Below are positions 63,070 to 64,000 of a stretch of 64,000 nt of DNA, one piece after another (the first letter of the stretch is position 1; every line of letters starts with the position of its first letter). This DNA is from Heterodontus francisci (taxonomy: Eukaryota): assembly GCF_036365525.1 (NCBI RefSeq), contig NC_090401.1, positions 42,864,683 through 42,928,682 of the forward strand. The letters are read 5' to 3'. Position numbers and translations under genes: made by a program. The notes below the pieces were generated by a model. That model made no database searches. It was not told where the DNA came from and was given only the letters and a program-made list of their open reading frames with translations.

Positions 63070-63329
63070 ATCTCAGGTGTAAGCAGCTCAGTTGGTGCCT
63101 GTGGATGCTTGTACTGCACTGAGAGCTGGAAGTGAACGTATCCGATCCATTCTCAGCCAACTCCCGCACAGCGCAACTGCAACAACAACCGTTTGGAGTG
63201 TTATGAGTTAAGGATTTTGGTTTCCTGTTAAAATCAGCACTTTTAAACTACCGTGAACTGCTAACACGAGTACAGTTTGACGTCGGATTGCTAAATTCGG
63301 CGTGGTCCTAGTTTAGCAGTGAGGAGGTT

Positions 63330-63864
63330 ATGGCTTATGTCAACGTACTGCTCGATAAATGCCAGTGTGCTTCTGGAAAGAGACAGAGTGCGATCTTATA
63401 TACGATTCTGAGCCAACAGGGAGAGGCCTGCTACGAGTTCTCACATCATAGCTGCTCCTGTGAAGCCAGGCGGACGGTTTGCTTGAAGACTCCACAAGTT
63501 ACCTGTCAGGCGGTGTGTGATGTGTTGGTGAAAACAGTCAATTTTATGAGGAACCTCCCTTCGTTCCATCATCTTCCCAGAGCAGACCAGCAGCTGCTGC
63601 TGGAGAGCTGCTGGCCCCCGTTGTTTCTGTTGGGATTGGCTCAGGAGAGAGTAAGCTTCGAGGTGACAGAGACCCCAGGTCACAGCATGCTGAAGAGAAT
63701 CTTGCTGAATGGGCAAGGCCTGATCAGGACAGAGGAAGAGGAGAGGAAGCAGCCCACACTTGCTGGTGTACAAAGAATGAAAATGTGTCTGAACAAATTC
63801 TGGGGCTTGGACCTAAGCCCAAAGGGGTATGCGTACCTGAAAGGGGCAATCCTCTTCAACCCTG
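63330..63864 (+). CDS. NR0B2: Small heterodimer partner (SHP), nuclear receptor 0B2, exon 1 (exon 2 lies outside the window)
   Basis: CQC...AILYTILS (LxxLL-like), DVLVKTVNFMRNLPSF, CWPPLFLLGLAQ, SMLKRILL, YLKGAILFNP; no DNA-binding domain. Donor cctg|gtaact. Adjacency to NUDC distinguishes it from NR0B1. Confidence 0.93.
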
Positions 63865-64000
63865 GTAACTAAACAGCTTCTTTCTTTATTCCAGCGTGTG
63901 TAATGAAGCAAAGGAATTGTAATGGTACGATATTTACACAGAGCGAGTCACAAATTACCGCTTTACACCCGCGAGCCCACCAATAATTTTACAGTCTTAG

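Overview
Vertebrate (eukaryotic) genomic DNA, very probably from a cartilaginous fish (shark), judged from its CR1/L2/RTE/Penelope/tRNA-SINE repeat landscape. It holds the conserved syntenic block KDF1(+), NUDC(-), NR0B2/SHP(+). KDF1 has 3 coding exons (414 aa) and NUDC has 9 (341 aa); both were reconstructed by hand with GT-AG junctions and matching phases. Only exon 1 of NR0B2 lies in the window. The most notable object is a very young Neptune-type Penelope-like retroelement at 57024-62704 (-). It has an intact 916-aa RT + GIY-YIG ORF, 14-bp target duplications, two ~660-bp pseudo-LTRs differing at 3 positions, and a variant minimal hammerhead ribozyme in each pseudo-LTR. A frameshifted RTE/BovB-like LINE sits in its 5' leader, in the polypyrimidine tract of a putative splice acceptor just before the ATG, and the composite lies ~350 bp upstream of the predicted SHP TATA box. 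Other oddities: a TSD-flanked fold-back mini-Penelope centred on the ribozyme core, two minisatellites grown independently from one motif of the same SINE family, a 2-kb G-quadruplex array in a KDF1 intron, a double-tailed head-to-head LINE insertion, and a templated duplication inside a CR1. Gene and family calls rest on recalled protein motifs, not database searches, and the boundaries of old repeats are approximate.
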